Below, piece after piece: positions 16,281 to 25,262 of a DNA stretch of 32,000 nucleotides (the stretch's first letter is position 1; each line of letters starts with the position of its first letter). The stretch covers positions 2,700,001 through 2,732,000 of the forward strand of contig NZ_CP080507.1 of assembly GCF_019464535.1 (NCBI RefSeq). The letters run 5' to 3'. The position numbers were made by a program, and so were the translations under genes. The notes under the pieces were generated by a model, which ran no database searches, was not told the origin of the DNA, and worked only from the letters and a program-made list of their open reading frames with translations. The DNA is from Horticoccus luteus (GTDB taxonomy: Bacteria > Verrucomicrobiota > Verrucomicrobiia > Opitutales > Opitutaceae).

Positions 16281-16308
16281 GCCCGCCGCACCCCGGCGGG
16301 CTTTTTTT
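16281..16308 (+). terminator. rho-independent terminator
   Basis: Perfect 8-bp GC stem GCCCGCCG, loop CACCC, CGGCGGGC, followed by TTTTTTT, 39 nt after the TAA at 16240..16242. Confidence 0.8.
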
Positions 16309-16473
16309 GCGCCGACCGGCCGCCATATCTTTCTGTCTTCCTCGGCCTGCTCCGCTCCGCGCCTTCTGTGCCGTCTCAGTGAACGCTTTGCTGCCAACCA
16401 GCACCGTCACCGATCACGCATCTGACCGCCGCGCGCGCCCAGCCTGCGCCGCCCTTCGCCCGTGCGCTTACTC

Positions 16474-19281
16474 TCACTTCCCCTCGTCCGGTAATTTTCC
16501 CGCACGGTAGTCCGCCGCTTTACGTTCGAACTTCCGGCCATCCTCCGCCTGTCCCCCGCGCCGCGCCAGCGCCGCCGCCCGCTCCGCACTCTCCGCGGCC
16601 GCGGGAAAAAGTCCGTTGGCCGCCTGCGCCGAGGCGAGCGTGTCGATTACGTTGGCCACATCCGGTTGCGCCTGCGCGCAAAGTTCTGCCAGTTCCAGCG
16701 CACGCTTCGGATTGTGCAACTCCGCGGGCGCCGTCACCGCCAGCACCCATGCGAGATTATTGGCCGCGATGATATTCGTCGGCCCGGCGCGCAACGCCCG
16801 CTCGTAATACGCGATCGCCCGGCCGAGCTCGCCCGCGCCCTCAAACGCGATTCCCGCCTGGGCCAGCAACCGGTATTCTTCGGCCCGCCCGGCTAGTTTG
16901 ATCGCCGCGTCGAACTCCTTTTCCGCCTCGGCCCACTTCTGCTCTTTGATCAGCAGTTCACCCCGTCGCAGCCGCGGTGTCGGATCAGCGGCGTTCATCT
17001 CCGCCACGCGCGCGAAACTGGCCAGCGCATCCTTCGTCTCGCCCAGTTTCGCCTGCAACATCCCGATGCGATACGTGCCCTGCGCCACCGTCTGGTGCGG
17101 ATTCACCCGAAACACCAGCACGTCGGGATCGACGTTTTTCGGCAACCCCTTCGGCGGCGCATACGGCAGCGGCTCCAGCCACAACGGCACGGTCCGCTGG
17201 CCCAGCACGCGATAGCCAAACGTCTCCTTCAACTCCGCCTCCGTGGCGCGCGGATTCAACAACCGCGCATATTCTGCAATGTAGTTGCTGTCCTTGAACA
17301 GCGCCACGTGCGTCACCCCGTATTCCTCGATCAACCGCGCGGCCTCCGCTTCCGACTTCGCCGACGAAATCTCCGCCGCAGCTTTCAGGCCATCGACGTT
17401 CTCCCAATACAACGTGCCCAGCGTCTGGAACGCGCCGAAGAACGCCACGTTGACCGACGTGTTGGGACTCGCGAACAACACCACCTTCCCCTTCGGCTGC
17501 GATTCGCGAATCGTCTCCGCCACCTCCCGGTAAATAATCTGCCGCGCATCACCCGCGAGGATCGCCCGGTAATACGCGACCTTCGCCGTTTCGACGACGC
17601 GCACCGTCACCGCCAGGCCAAACAGCGCCGCCATCGCCAGCGCCGCCGCCACCGCGCGACGCCACGGCGCGCGCCGCAAAAACTCCCACGCGCAAATCTC
17701 CTCCAACGCCGCGATCAGCAGCACCACCTGGGCCGGCGCCGCGCTCATTCCCCAACGCACCTGCCAGAACCCGAGCGCCTGCATCAACAACGCCGGTACG
17801 AGCGCCAGCGTCAGTTTGAACCGCGCCTCCCGCCGTCCGCAGAGCATTAACAACAGCACCGCGACGTAGAACAGCGGGTAAATAAACAACGTCTCGAAAT
17901 GCGACCAGATTCCCTCCAGCCGCACCCGTGCCATTAACGGCAGAAACTCCGTGATTGTGTGATGCAGCCCGACGAGAAACGGATCGCTCAACAGAAAAAC
18001 CTTCGCTCCAAAAATTTCGATCGCGAGCACCGGCGCCAGCACCAGCGGCACCGCCCATGCCGCTGTCCACGCGAGGGCGCGCCCATCGCGAACCGCCTTG
18101 CCCGACCGTGCCAGCCACGGCAATACCTGCGCCGTCAACTCCGCGCCCGCCCACCACGCCAGCGCGTAAAGCGGATGATTGACCTCCAGGCGCCATCCCA
18201 AGTGATGCGGCCAGTATTCGAGCAGGTAAAACGCGAAACTCGTCAACGCCCCCGCCCGCCCCCACATCCGCCACACCCGCGGATCAAACCGCGCCGCCGC
18301 ACCCACCTCCCACTTGACCGTCGTTGAGGACGGCGTGCCCTCGCCTCGCATGTTTGTTGTAGGCGGGGTGCCGTCACCCCGCGCCCCGCGCCTGCCCCAA
18401 TTCCCCGCACCCTCACCCCGCGCGATCAACGTCGCCAATCCCGCCGCCAAAGGCACCAGCGCCAGCACCGGTGCGAGCGACGCCGTGCTCACCCACATCC
18501 CCACGCCGCCCCACACGCCCGACCAAAGCGCCGCCCGCTGCGCCGCCATCGCCGCCTCATCCCGCCGCCCAAGTTTCCCCGCGCCGCCCTCATCTCCCGC
18601 TTCCACCTCCGCACCGCCACGCAGCCATCCCCCGCGCATCCAATAGGCTCCGAGCATCATCCCCAAAATCGACGCCGCGATCAGCCCGTGGTGATCCGCG
18701 TAGCCTGGCCAGAATCCCTCGTAAATCGCCCGGTGCCCGACCATCGCGATCGCCACCACGATCCCCGCGCGCAACCCGCCGCAACGCGCCGCCCACCACG
18801 CCAGCACGACGGTGAAAAACGCCAGGAGCGGCAGATTTTCCCACATCGCCCAACGCTCGACGCCATGCTCGAGCGTGCCTCCTGCGACCGCCTGCCACAC
18901 GCGTCCGCCGATCGCGAGCCACCACGCGAGTCCCGAATTCCAGTGCACCTCGCGGCCCACCGGCGCGTTGTCGATCGATGTGTGTCGCAACTGCGGCCCT
19001 TCCTCACCGCGCCACAGAGCCACGGCATAACGAATCCACATGTGCCCATCGACGGTGAAGTCCGGCCGGATCTGCTGATAAGGCGTAGCGACCGGCACAT
19101 CCGCCCGCCCCAGCGAAGACACCAACTGCGCATGCTGATCGCCGAACCAGTTGTGCACTGCCGCCAGCGCGATGACCACGCTCACCACCAGCGCCAGCCA
19201 GCCGGCGCCCGGGGTTGTGCCACCAAAGTGACCGCGCGAACCCGAGGGCGATGAAGCAATGGTGATATCGGGTTTCGGCAT
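16474..19281 (-). CDS. polytopic integral membrane protein (GT-C glycosyltransferase-like, tentative) with C-terminal TPR domain
   Basis: ATG at 19281. About 12 or more predicted TM helices (for example WLALVVSVVIALAAV, LPLLAFFTVVLAWWAA, IVVAIAMVG, LIAASILGMMLGAYW, VLALVPLAAGLATLIA, LTSFAFYLLEYW, AVPLVLAPVLAIEIF, IYPLFYVAVLLLML, LTLALVPALLMQALGFW, VVLLIAALEEI, AVAAALAMAALFGLAV). A soluble domain and TPR repeats follow (GMLQAKLGETKDALASFARV, IAFEGAGELGRAIAYYERAL, ANNLAWVLA). The CDS call is solid; the enzymatic assignment is weak. Confidence 0.8.
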   Translation of the reverse strand: MPKPDITIASSPSGSRGHFGGTTPGAGWLALVVSVVIALAAVHNWFGDQHAQLVSSLGRADVPVATPYQQIRPDFTVDGHMWIRYAVALWRGEEGPQLRHTSIDNAPVGREVHWNSGLAWWLAIGGRVWQAVAGGTLEHGVERWAMWENLPLLAFFTVVLAWWAARCGGLRAGIVVAIAMVGHRAIYEGFWPGYADHHGLIAASILGMMLGAYWMRGGWLRGGAEVEAGDEGGAGKLGRRDEAAMAAQRAALWSGVWGGVGMWVSTASLAPVLALVPLAAGLATLIARGEGAGNWGRRGARGDGTPPTTNMRGEGTPSSTTVKWEVGAAARFDPRVWRMWGRAGALTSFAFYLLEYWPHHLGWRLEVNHPLYALAWWAGAELTAQVLPWLARSGKAVRDGRALAWTAAWAVPLVLAPVLAIEIFGAKVFLLSDPFLVGLHHTITEFLPLMARVRLEGIWSHFETLFIYPLFYVAVLLLMLCGRREARFKLTLALVPALLMQALGFWQVRWGMSAAPAQVVLLIAALEEICAWEFLRRAPWRRAVAAALAMAALFGLAVTVRVVETAKVAYYRAILAGDARQIIYREVAETIRESQPKGKVVLFASPNTSVNVAFFGAFQTLGTLYWENVDGLKAAAEISSAKSEAEAARLIEEYGVTHVALFKDSNYIAEYARLLNPRATEAELKETFGYRVLGQRTVPLWLEPLPYAPPKGLPKNVDPDVLVFRVNPHQTVAQGTYRIGMLQAKLGETKDALASFARVAEMNAADPTPRLRRGELLIKEQKWAEAEKEFDAAIKLAGRAEEYRLLAQAGIAFEGAGELGRAIAYYERALRAGPTNIIAANNLAWVLAVTAPAELHNPKRALELAELCAQAQPDVANVIDTLASAQAANGLFPAAAESAERAAALARRGGQAEDGRKFERKAADYRAGKLPDEGK

Positions 19282-19414
19282 CGCTGGAGCTCGCTTACCT
19301 GCATCGTCTCCGTCCCGGTTTTCGAGCCAAAACTCTCTCCGGCGCTGTTCTCACGTGCGTCGCGCGTCTCGCCGTCGCTCTTGCGGCACCGTACCGTTCT
19401 TATGATGCGCAATC

Positions 19415-19446
19415 CTACGCCATCCAGGGCGTAACCGCACCCATAG
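19415..19446 (+). promoter_or_regulatory. conserved upstream element, copy 2 (CTACGCC-N16-CACCCATAG, with inverted GGCGTA inside the spacer)
   Basis: CTACGCC ATCCAGGGCGTAACCG CACCCATAG has the same 16-nt spacing as copy 1. It lies 77 nt upstream of ATG 19524, in the divergent intergenic region shared with the GT-C-like gene. Confidence 0.45.
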
Positions 19447-19523
19447 TCACGCCCGATGGATTGCTCTAGTCTGAAGGACCGGTCCGCATTGTCCGCGAAT
19501 TCTTGCCCTGGTTTTTCTTTTCC

Positions 19524-21671
19524 ATGCCCCTGATCTCTATCCCCCGCACGTACTCGTTTTTCCTCGCCGCCGCCTGCGCTTGGTCAATCGCCTCCGCCCA
19601 AACCACCCTCACGTGGGACGGTGGAACGGCTGGGACTGGCCGCACGTGGTCATCCGGGTCCAATTGGGATTCCAACAATGCTCCCAACGGCGACGACCTC
19701 GTCATTGGCAGTGGCACACTCGGTGGCTCCGCGACCCAAATCGGCGGCGGAAACTACATGGCACTGAGCTCAAACGCTTCGGCTTATACCTCCACGATTA
19801 GGAGCGTCACGTTCGACAATTCCAACAATCAGTTTCCCGGCGGCACGCTCGACCTCCGCAATTCGTCCGCCACCCCCGCCCAAAGTGCCACCATCGCCTT
19901 TACGTCGACCGGGGTGGATGCCATTAAGGTAGTCAGCGGCGACGTGATCATGCAGTCGCGCACTTCGAGCGCGCAACTGACGCTCAACCTGAACTACTCC
20001 GGTCTCTCCAATGTCGATATCGCTTCCGGAAGTACGCTCACCATTTCGAGTCACCCCGTCTCGGGCACAGCCACCAACAATGCCGTCATCACCGGCACGG
20101 GCGGCATAAACAAGACCGGCGCGGGCACGCTCATCCTCACCGGCCCCACCGGGAATGATTTTGCCGGTGGCCTCAAAATTTCCGCCGGCACGGTCAATTT
20201 TGACAACGCTTCCTTGTTGACGGCGCCCGCGACCAAGACCGCCGACGTCGTGACGATCAACGGCGGCCGCCTTCAATACTCCAGCGCGTCGGGCACAATC
20301 CTCAGCGCCAACGCCGGCGTCACGTTCGGCTCCGGTAACGCCACGGTCGACGTCTCCGGCGCGGGCACGTTCGAGATCCAAGGCACCGTTGCTGGCTCGG
20401 GACAACTCATCAAAACCGGCGCCGGCACGCTGTATTTCCACAATTCCAACACGGAAGCTAACACGTTCGCCGGAGGCACCGTCATCGAGGAAGGCATAAT
20501 CTACCTCGGCCGCAGCGGCAGCCTTGGCACCGGCACGATTCAACTCGGTGTCGCCGGCGGCGGTGACGCCAGTCTCATCGCGAACCTCAGCGGCTGGACG
20601 CAAAGCAATGCCATCGACGTCGCCGCCGGTAGCAGCGGCACGCTCACCATCGGCAGCAGGACGAGTGCCTCCAACACCTTCTCCGGTCCTGTCACCTTCC
20701 ACGGCGACGTTACCATCGACAACTCAAACAGCCTCGGGAATGCCATGATCTTCACCAACACCGTGTCCGGCGCCGGCGCTGTCACGAAAACCGGCACTGG
20801 CGAATGGCGCCTCACCGGTTCCAATTCCTCCACCGGCCCCGTCACGATCTCCGGTGGTTCCGTGAGTGGCGCGCTCGGCAGTGGTTCCCTCACGATCGCC
20901 ACCGGCTCAATCTACGACTTGTACGGAAGTGACCGATCAACCGGTGCTCTCGCAGGCTCCGGCACGATTGTCCTCGGAGCAAACACGCTCACAACCACCA
21001 GCGACTCCAGTTCGACGTTCTCCGGCGCTCTCTCCGGCACGGGCAATCTGATCAAGGCCGGCGCCGGCAATCTCACTCTTTCAGGAACGAACACGTTCTC
21101 CGGCGCCACCACCGTATCCGCCGGCACCTTGAGCGCCCACGGCACCCTCGGCGGCTCCTCCCTCACCGTCTCATCCGGCGCCACCCTCGCCGGCGCGGGC
21201 ACGATTTCAGCCCCCACGACGCTCGCGGCCGGCGCGACGCTCGCCTCGACCTCCCTCACGTTCGACAGCAGCCTCGATCTCTCCGCCGTCGCCGGCACGA
21301 GCGCTCATTCGCTCCTTTTCACCCTCACCGCCCCCGGCACCAGCGACACCGCCAGTATCAACGGCGTGCTCTCCATCGGCAGCCACGCGCTCACACTCGA
21401 CGATTTTTCCCTCAACACCTCCGCGCTCTCCGGTCCCGGCATCTACACGCTTTTCCAAAGCACCCACGCGATCTCCGGCCTGCTCGGCGACGCTGGCAAC
21501 CTCACCGCCTCGTTCGACGGCTACACCGGCACGCTCGGTTTCAACGGCGACTCCACCGCACTCCAGCTCACGGTTTCCGCCATCCCCGAGCCCTCGACCT
21601 ACGCTCTCCTTCTGGCCGCGGCGACCGGACTCGCGGTGTTCGCCCGTCGGCGCCGTGGCTCGCACCGGTAA
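19524..21671 (+). CDS. PATR (autotransporter-associated beta-strand repeat) protein with PEP-CTERM sorting signal
   Basis: ATG 19524 gives MPLISIPRTYSFFLAAACAWSIASA (signal), then QTTLTWDGG. PATR repeats (INKTGAGTLILTGPTGNDFAGGLKISAGTVNF, LIKTGAGTLYFHNSNTEANTFAGGTVIEEGIIYL, LIKAGAGNLTLSGTNTFSGATTVSAGTLSAHG). The C-terminus is IPEPSTYALLLAAATGLAVFARRRRGSHR: PEP, TM helix, Arg cluster. The track ORF opens at TTG 19503. Confidence 0.9.
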   Translation: MPLISIPRTYSFFLAAACAWSIASAQTTLTWDGGTAGTGRTWSSGSNWDSNNAPNGDDLVIGSGTLGGSATQIGGGNYMALSSNASAYTSTIRSVTFDNSNNQFPGGTLDLRNSSATPAQSATIAFTSTGVDAIKVVSGDVIMQSRTSSAQLTLNLNYSGLSNVDIASGSTLTISSHPVSGTATNNAVITGTGGINKTGAGTLILTGPTGNDFAGGLKISAGTVNFDNASLLTAPATKTADVVTINGGRLQYSSASGTILSANAGVTFGSGNATVDVSGAGTFEIQGTVAGSGQLIKTGAGTLYFHNSNTEANTFAGGTVIEEGIIYLGRSGSLGTGTIQLGVAGGGDASLIANLSGWTQSNAIDVAAGSSGTLTIGSRTSASNTFSGPVTFHGDVTIDNSNSLGNAMIFTNTVSGAGAVTKTGTGEWRLTGSNSSTGPVTISGGSVSGALGSGSLTIATGSIYDLYGSDRSTGALAGSGTIVLGANTLTTTSDSSSTFSGALSGTGNLIKAGAGNLTLSGTNTFSGATTVSAGTLSAHGTLGGSSLTVSSGATLAGAGTISAPTTLAAGATLASTSLTFDSSLDLSAVAGTSAHSLLFTLTAPGTSDTASINGVLSIGSHALTLDDFSLNTSALSGPGIYTLFQSTHAISGLLGDAGNLTASFDGYTGTLGFNGDSTALQLTVSAIPEPSTYALLLAAATGLAVFARRRRGSHR

Positions 21672-21785
21672 ACGCTTTACGTATCGGGATTGATTTCCGG
21701 CGACGCGTCGCACCCATCACTGCCGCCCCTGCGTTCGCCCCACCCCGCTCTCCGTCTCTCGTTCGCGCGCCAACCTTGCCGCCCT

Positions 21786-21826
21786 GCGTAGTTCTACGCC
21801 ATCTCCCGCGTAGCCAAACCCCCTAG
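21786..21826 (+). promoter_or_regulatory. conserved upstream element, copy 3 (GCGTAG-TT-CTACGCC, N17, ACCCCCTAG)
   Basis: The reverse complement of 21785..21800 is GGCGTAGAACTACGCA, identical to copy 1 at 15 of 16 positions. CTACGCCATCTCCCGCGTAGCC matches copy 2 CTACGCCATCCAGGGCGTAACC at 16 of 22 positions. ACCCCCTAG lies 17 nt after CTACGCC. The element ends 127 nt upstream of ATG 21954. Confidence 0.45.
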
Positions 21827-21953
21827 CACGCTTCCCTCCGTCGCGCTAAACTTTGTTCCTTGCCGCGCTCTACTCGGCGCGGGGCTGAATCTTTTCTCTC
21901 TCGCTACCGCTCTCTTCTTACGCTGCCCCCCTACTCCTTCCCTCGCACCCATT

Positions 21954-24113
21954 ATGAAGTCGTTGCCTCGCCTCCCTGTTCTCAACGTTCTCACCCTCGG
22001 CCTCGCCGCCCTCCTAACCGCGTCGTTGCGCGCCACGCCGATCGAATGGGCGGGAACCAACTCCGGCAATTGGAATGCCGCGGCCAACTGGACGCCCAAC
22101 ACAACCATCGACAACAGCGGGACTCAGGATCTCCTCATTAAGACCAGCGGCAACGCCAGCCCCGTCACGACCATGCAGGTGAGCAGCGCCACGGGTAACG
22201 GCACGGCGGCCTTCAGCATTCGCTCGCTCTCCATCGACGACACCGCCGCCCTCCTGCACAACGCAACCGTCGGTCTGCGCATCGCCGCGACCAACAGCGC
22301 TTCCAGCAGTAACAGCACCACGCTGACCTTCAGCACGCCGGGCATCAATATCATCTCCGCCGCCAACGGCGCGACCGTGAGCTTGAACGCCACTACCTCT
22401 ACGGGCACCGGCACCCCCTCGATGACGATCAACCTTGGCTACTCGGGCGCCGGCACGCTCCAGGTCGACGGCACCTCGAAGCTTCTGATCAACGCGGCCA
22501 GCACCACCATCTCTGGCACCGGCGGCCTGATTAAAGACGGTGCGGGCAGCCTCACTCTCTCCGGCAATCACACTTACACCGGCGGCTTCACCTTGCAGGC
22601 CGGCACGCTCGTCCTCACCAGCTCCGGCGCACGCACTGGCGACAACACCGCCGTCGCCAATTCCGCCTTCGGCACCGGCACCGCCACCCTGAATGGGGGC
22701 ACCCTCCTGAGCTCGGGCGCCGCCGGCGGCGGCACCTCCGCCCGCACCATCTATTCCTCCGTCATCCTGAACGGCAACGTTGAGATGACAAACTCCACCA
22801 CCGGCAACATCACGCTCAGCACCTCGGCCGGCCAAGCCACCGCCCTCGGTGGTAATTCCACCTTGAACGTCGGCGGCAACGTCACGTGGGACCAGTCCAT
22901 TTCCGGCGACTACAGTCTCACCAAAACCGGCGCCGGCACCCTCGCCCTCAACGGCACCAACACCTTCAGCGGTCTCAACATCAACGCCGGCACCGTTAAC
23001 GTCGACTCCGTCACCGCTCTCGGCTCTTCCGCCGCGCTCAACCCTTCCAGCGTCGTGCTGAACGGCGGCACGCTCGCTTTCGCCTCGGGCAGCGACACCT
23101 CCGCTTCCTCCAATCGCGGGTTCCAAATCGGCTCCGGCAACGGCACGATCGATCTCTCCTCCGGCCGCAACGTCACCCTCCTCGGCAACATCACCGACGT
23201 CACCGGCCAGCACGGCATGCTCACCAAGACCGGCGCGGGCACCCTCACGCTCTCCGGCGCCAATTCCTACTCCGGCAGCACCACCGTCCAAGGCGGCGCG
23301 CTCGCGGGCGATGCGACCAGCCTCCAAGGCGCCATCGTCCTTAACAACGCGTCCTCGGTCACCTTCAACCAGACCTCCGACGGCACCTACGCGGGTTCGC
23401 TCTCTGGCAACGGCTCCTTCACCAAGCTCGGCGCCGCCACCCTCATCGTCAGCAACTCCTCCGCTCACACCGGACCCAACAACGTCGCCGAAGGCGCCCT
23501 CATTCTCCAAGACGCCGTCTTCGGCGGTAACGGCAGCGCCGGCCTCGTCGTCCAGTCCGGCGCCAAGCTCGCCGGCTCCGGCATCATCCGCGGCGACACT
23601 GTCCTGAACGAGGGCTCCTTCCTTTCGATGGACACCTACACCGGAGGCGTCGTTTCGAACGTGATCGGCAAGATCTCGTTCAACAACAATCTCGACCTCT
23701 CCGGCATCGCCGCCTTCTCGACCTCGCCCGTCACCATTCCCACTCCCTTCGGCGCTCCCCTGGCTTTCGATCTCGGCTCCAGCAACTACAGCGACCAGAT
23801 CGTCGTTTACGGCACGCTCGATATTGGCAACGGCCTGCTCGATTTCGCCGACTTCAGTTTCACCACCGCCGCCTCCCTGCACGACGCCACCTACACCCTC
23901 TTCTCCGCTCCCAACGCGACGATCGCAGGCAGCCTGGGCACCACCCTGGTGAGGGATTTCGGCGACGGTTTCACCGGCACCCTCTCGCTCACCGACCACG
24001 CGGTGCAACTCACCCTCGTCGGCGCGCCTATTCCCGAGCCCTCCACTTACGCCGCGCTCCTCGGCGGCATCGTGGCACTCGCCGCCGTTTATCGCCGGCG
24101 CCGCGCCCGCTAA
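21954..24113 (+). CDS. PATR (autotransporter-associated beta-strand repeat) protein with PEP-CTERM sorting signal
   Basis: Signal MKSLPRLPVLNVLTLGLAALLTASLRA, then TPIEWAG. Co-linear with the 13018 gene through the PATR region (LIKDGAGSLTLSGNHTYTGGFTLQAGTLVL, LTKTGAGTLALNGTNTFSGLNINAGTVNV, LTKTGAGTLTLSGANSYSGSTTVQGGAL). The C-terminus is IPEPSTYAALLGGIVALAAVYRRRRAR. Confidence 0.9.
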   Translation: MKSLPRLPVLNVLTLGLAALLTASLRATPIEWAGTNSGNWNAAANWTPNTTIDNSGTQDLLIKTSGNASPVTTMQVSSATGNGTAAFSIRSLSIDDTAALLHNATVGLRIAATNSASSSNSTTLTFSTPGINIISAANGATVSLNATTSTGTGTPSMTINLGYSGAGTLQVDGTSKLLINAASTTISGTGGLIKDGAGSLTLSGNHTYTGGFTLQAGTLVLTSSGARTGDNTAVANSAFGTGTATLNGGTLLSSGAAGGGTSARTIYSSVILNGNVEMTNSTTGNITLSTSAGQATALGGNSTLNVGGNVTWDQSISGDYSLTKTGAGTLALNGTNTFSGLNINAGTVNVDSVTALGSSAALNPSSVVLNGGTLAFASGSDTSASSNRGFQIGSGNGTIDLSSGRNVTLLGNITDVTGQHGMLTKTGAGTLTLSGANSYSGSTTVQGGALAGDATSLQGAIVLNNASSVTFNQTSDGTYAGSLSGNGSFTKLGAATLIVSNSSAHTGPNNVAEGALILQDAVFGGNGSAGLVVQSGAKLAGSGIIRGDTVLNEGSFLSMDTYTGGVVSNVIGKISFNNNLDLSGIAAFSTSPVTIPTPFGAPLAFDLGSSNYSDQIVVYGTLDIGNGLLDFADFSFTTAASLHDATYTLFSAPNATIAGSLGTTLVRDFGDGFTGTLSLTDHAVQLTLVGAPIPEPSTYAALLGGIVALAAVYRRRRAR

Positions 24114-24142
24114 ACGCGTTCGCCTTCTCCTCTGTCTTTCTC

Positions 24143-24171
24143 GGGCGGGCCTCTCCCGGGCTCGCCCTTTT
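24143..24171 (+). terminator. candidate rho-independent terminator
   Basis: GGGCGGGCC, loop TCTCCCG, GGCTCGCCC (9-bp stem with one G-U pair), followed by TTTTCATTT, 30 nt after the stop at 24113. Confidence 0.6.
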
Positions 24172-24188
24172 CATTTCCTCCTGGTCCG

Positions 24189-25154
24189 ATGACACCTGTC
24201 CCTTTCACTCTTTTCTCTCCCTTCCGACTCCTCTTCGTCGCCGCCCTGACCCTTGTCGCCGCGACGCTTACGCGCGCCGACGCCGCCGGTTACGAACCCG
24301 GCAAAACTTACCGAGACGCCAAAGGCTACGTGGAATTCCAACCCGGCTCGTTGCCCATCATCATCACGGCGCCCCACGGCGGCGAAAAGGGCCCGTCGAG
24401 CATCCCTGATCGCACCGAAGGCGTCCTCGTCTCCGATGCCAACACGCAGGATCTCGCTCGCCAGATCGCCGCGGAATTTTCGCGCCGCACCGGCCGGCAG
24501 GTTCACCTCGTCCTCAACCTTCTCCACCGGCGCAAACTCGATCCGAATCGCGAGATCAAGGAAGCCGCCCAAGGCAACCCCGATGCCGAAGCCGCCTGGC
24601 GCAATTATCACGCCGCCATCGACCGCGCCAAAGCCAGCGCCCTCGCCGCCTACGGATTCGCGTTCCTCGTCGATGTCCACGGTCACGGCCATGCCATCCC
24701 GCGCCTCGAACTCGGCTACGCCCTCGACAACGCCGCCCTCAACGTCACCGATGCCGCCCTCGACGCCGCCGACGTCGGCCCACACACCACCATCAACGAT
24801 CTCGCGGCACGCACGAAGGAGCCGTTTTCAAAACTTCTCCGCGGGCCCGGCAGCCTCGGCGATCTCTTTCAGCAACACGGCTTCCGCGCCGTCCCCAGCC
24901 CGCAAGAGCCGCAACCCGGTAACAACCTCTTTTTCGCCGGCGGTTACACCGTCCGCCGCCACGCCGCGTGGCCTGACTCGACCGGCGTCGACGGCGTGCA
25001 GATCGAGTGCAACCGCGACGCCCGCGCCACGCCGAAGTCCCGCGCCCAACTGGCCGCCGCCATCGCCGACGTCCTCACCACGTTTCTCGCTCAACGCTAC
25101 GCCTATACGTTACCCGCTCCTTCCGCCCGCCCGGCCGTCGCTCGCTCCGAGTAA
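24189..25154 (+). CDS. secreted N-formylglutamate amidohydrolase (FGase)-like metal-dependent hydrolase, free-standing
   Basis: Signal peptide FRLLFVAALTLVAATLTRADA. Motifs that I recognise from the FGase family: IIITAPHGG...IPDR, SDANTQDLA, LHRRKLDPNRE (compare sRlviDlNR), FLVDVHGHGH, GGYTVRRH, IECN. Paralogous over about 290 aa to the N-terminus of the 26025 gene. Confidence 0.75.
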   Translation: MTPVPFTLFSPFRLLFVAALTLVAATLTRADAAGYEPGKTYRDAKGYVEFQPGSLPIIITAPHGGEKGPSSIPDRTEGVLVSDANTQDLARQIAAEFSRRTGRQVHLVLNLLHRRKLDPNREIKEAAQGNPDAEAAWRNYHAAIDRAKASALAAYGFAFLVDVHGHGHAIPRLELGYALDNAALNVTDAALDAADVGPHTTINDLAARTKEPFSKLLRGPGSLGDLFQQHGFRAVPSPQEPQPGNNLFFAGGYTVRRHAAWPDSTGVDGVQIECNRDARATPKSRAQLAAAIADVLTTFLAQRYAYTLPAPSARPAVARSE

Positions 25155-25262
25155 ATTCCGCAAGTCGTTGCGCGTGTCGCCACCGTTCGTCTTCGCCTCG
25201 CCAACCGCGGCTGTTTTTCGGTTTGTTTCTCGTTCGATCTGACCTTTGACCCTGCACCTGCC

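Noticed and set aside
13360-16410. 1016-aa minus-strand ORF spanning almost the whole first PATR gene
   Set aside because: The translation is Gly/Ala/Arg/Asp/Glu-rich low-information sequence with no motifs. The plus strand encodes recognisable signal peptide, PATR, Ig and C-terminal modules. Long antisense open frames are expected in GC3-rich genes.
21700-21711. Perfect 12-bp palindrome GCGACGCGTCGC just after the second PATR gene
   Set aside because: It has no loop and no T-tract on either strand, so it is not a convincing terminator. GC-rich 12-mers of this kind can arise by chance. It abuts a CACCCATCA box that resembles the conserved element, but I could not align the flanks.
25190-25225. 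Possible terminator (CCGCGG palindrome followed by CTGTTTTTCGGTTTGTTTC) between the FGase-like gene and the orphan
   Set aside because: The stem is only 3-6 bp and cannot form a proper loop. The T-rich stretch resembles the pyrimidine-rich leaders seen before other starts, so I treat the genes as possibly co-transcribed.
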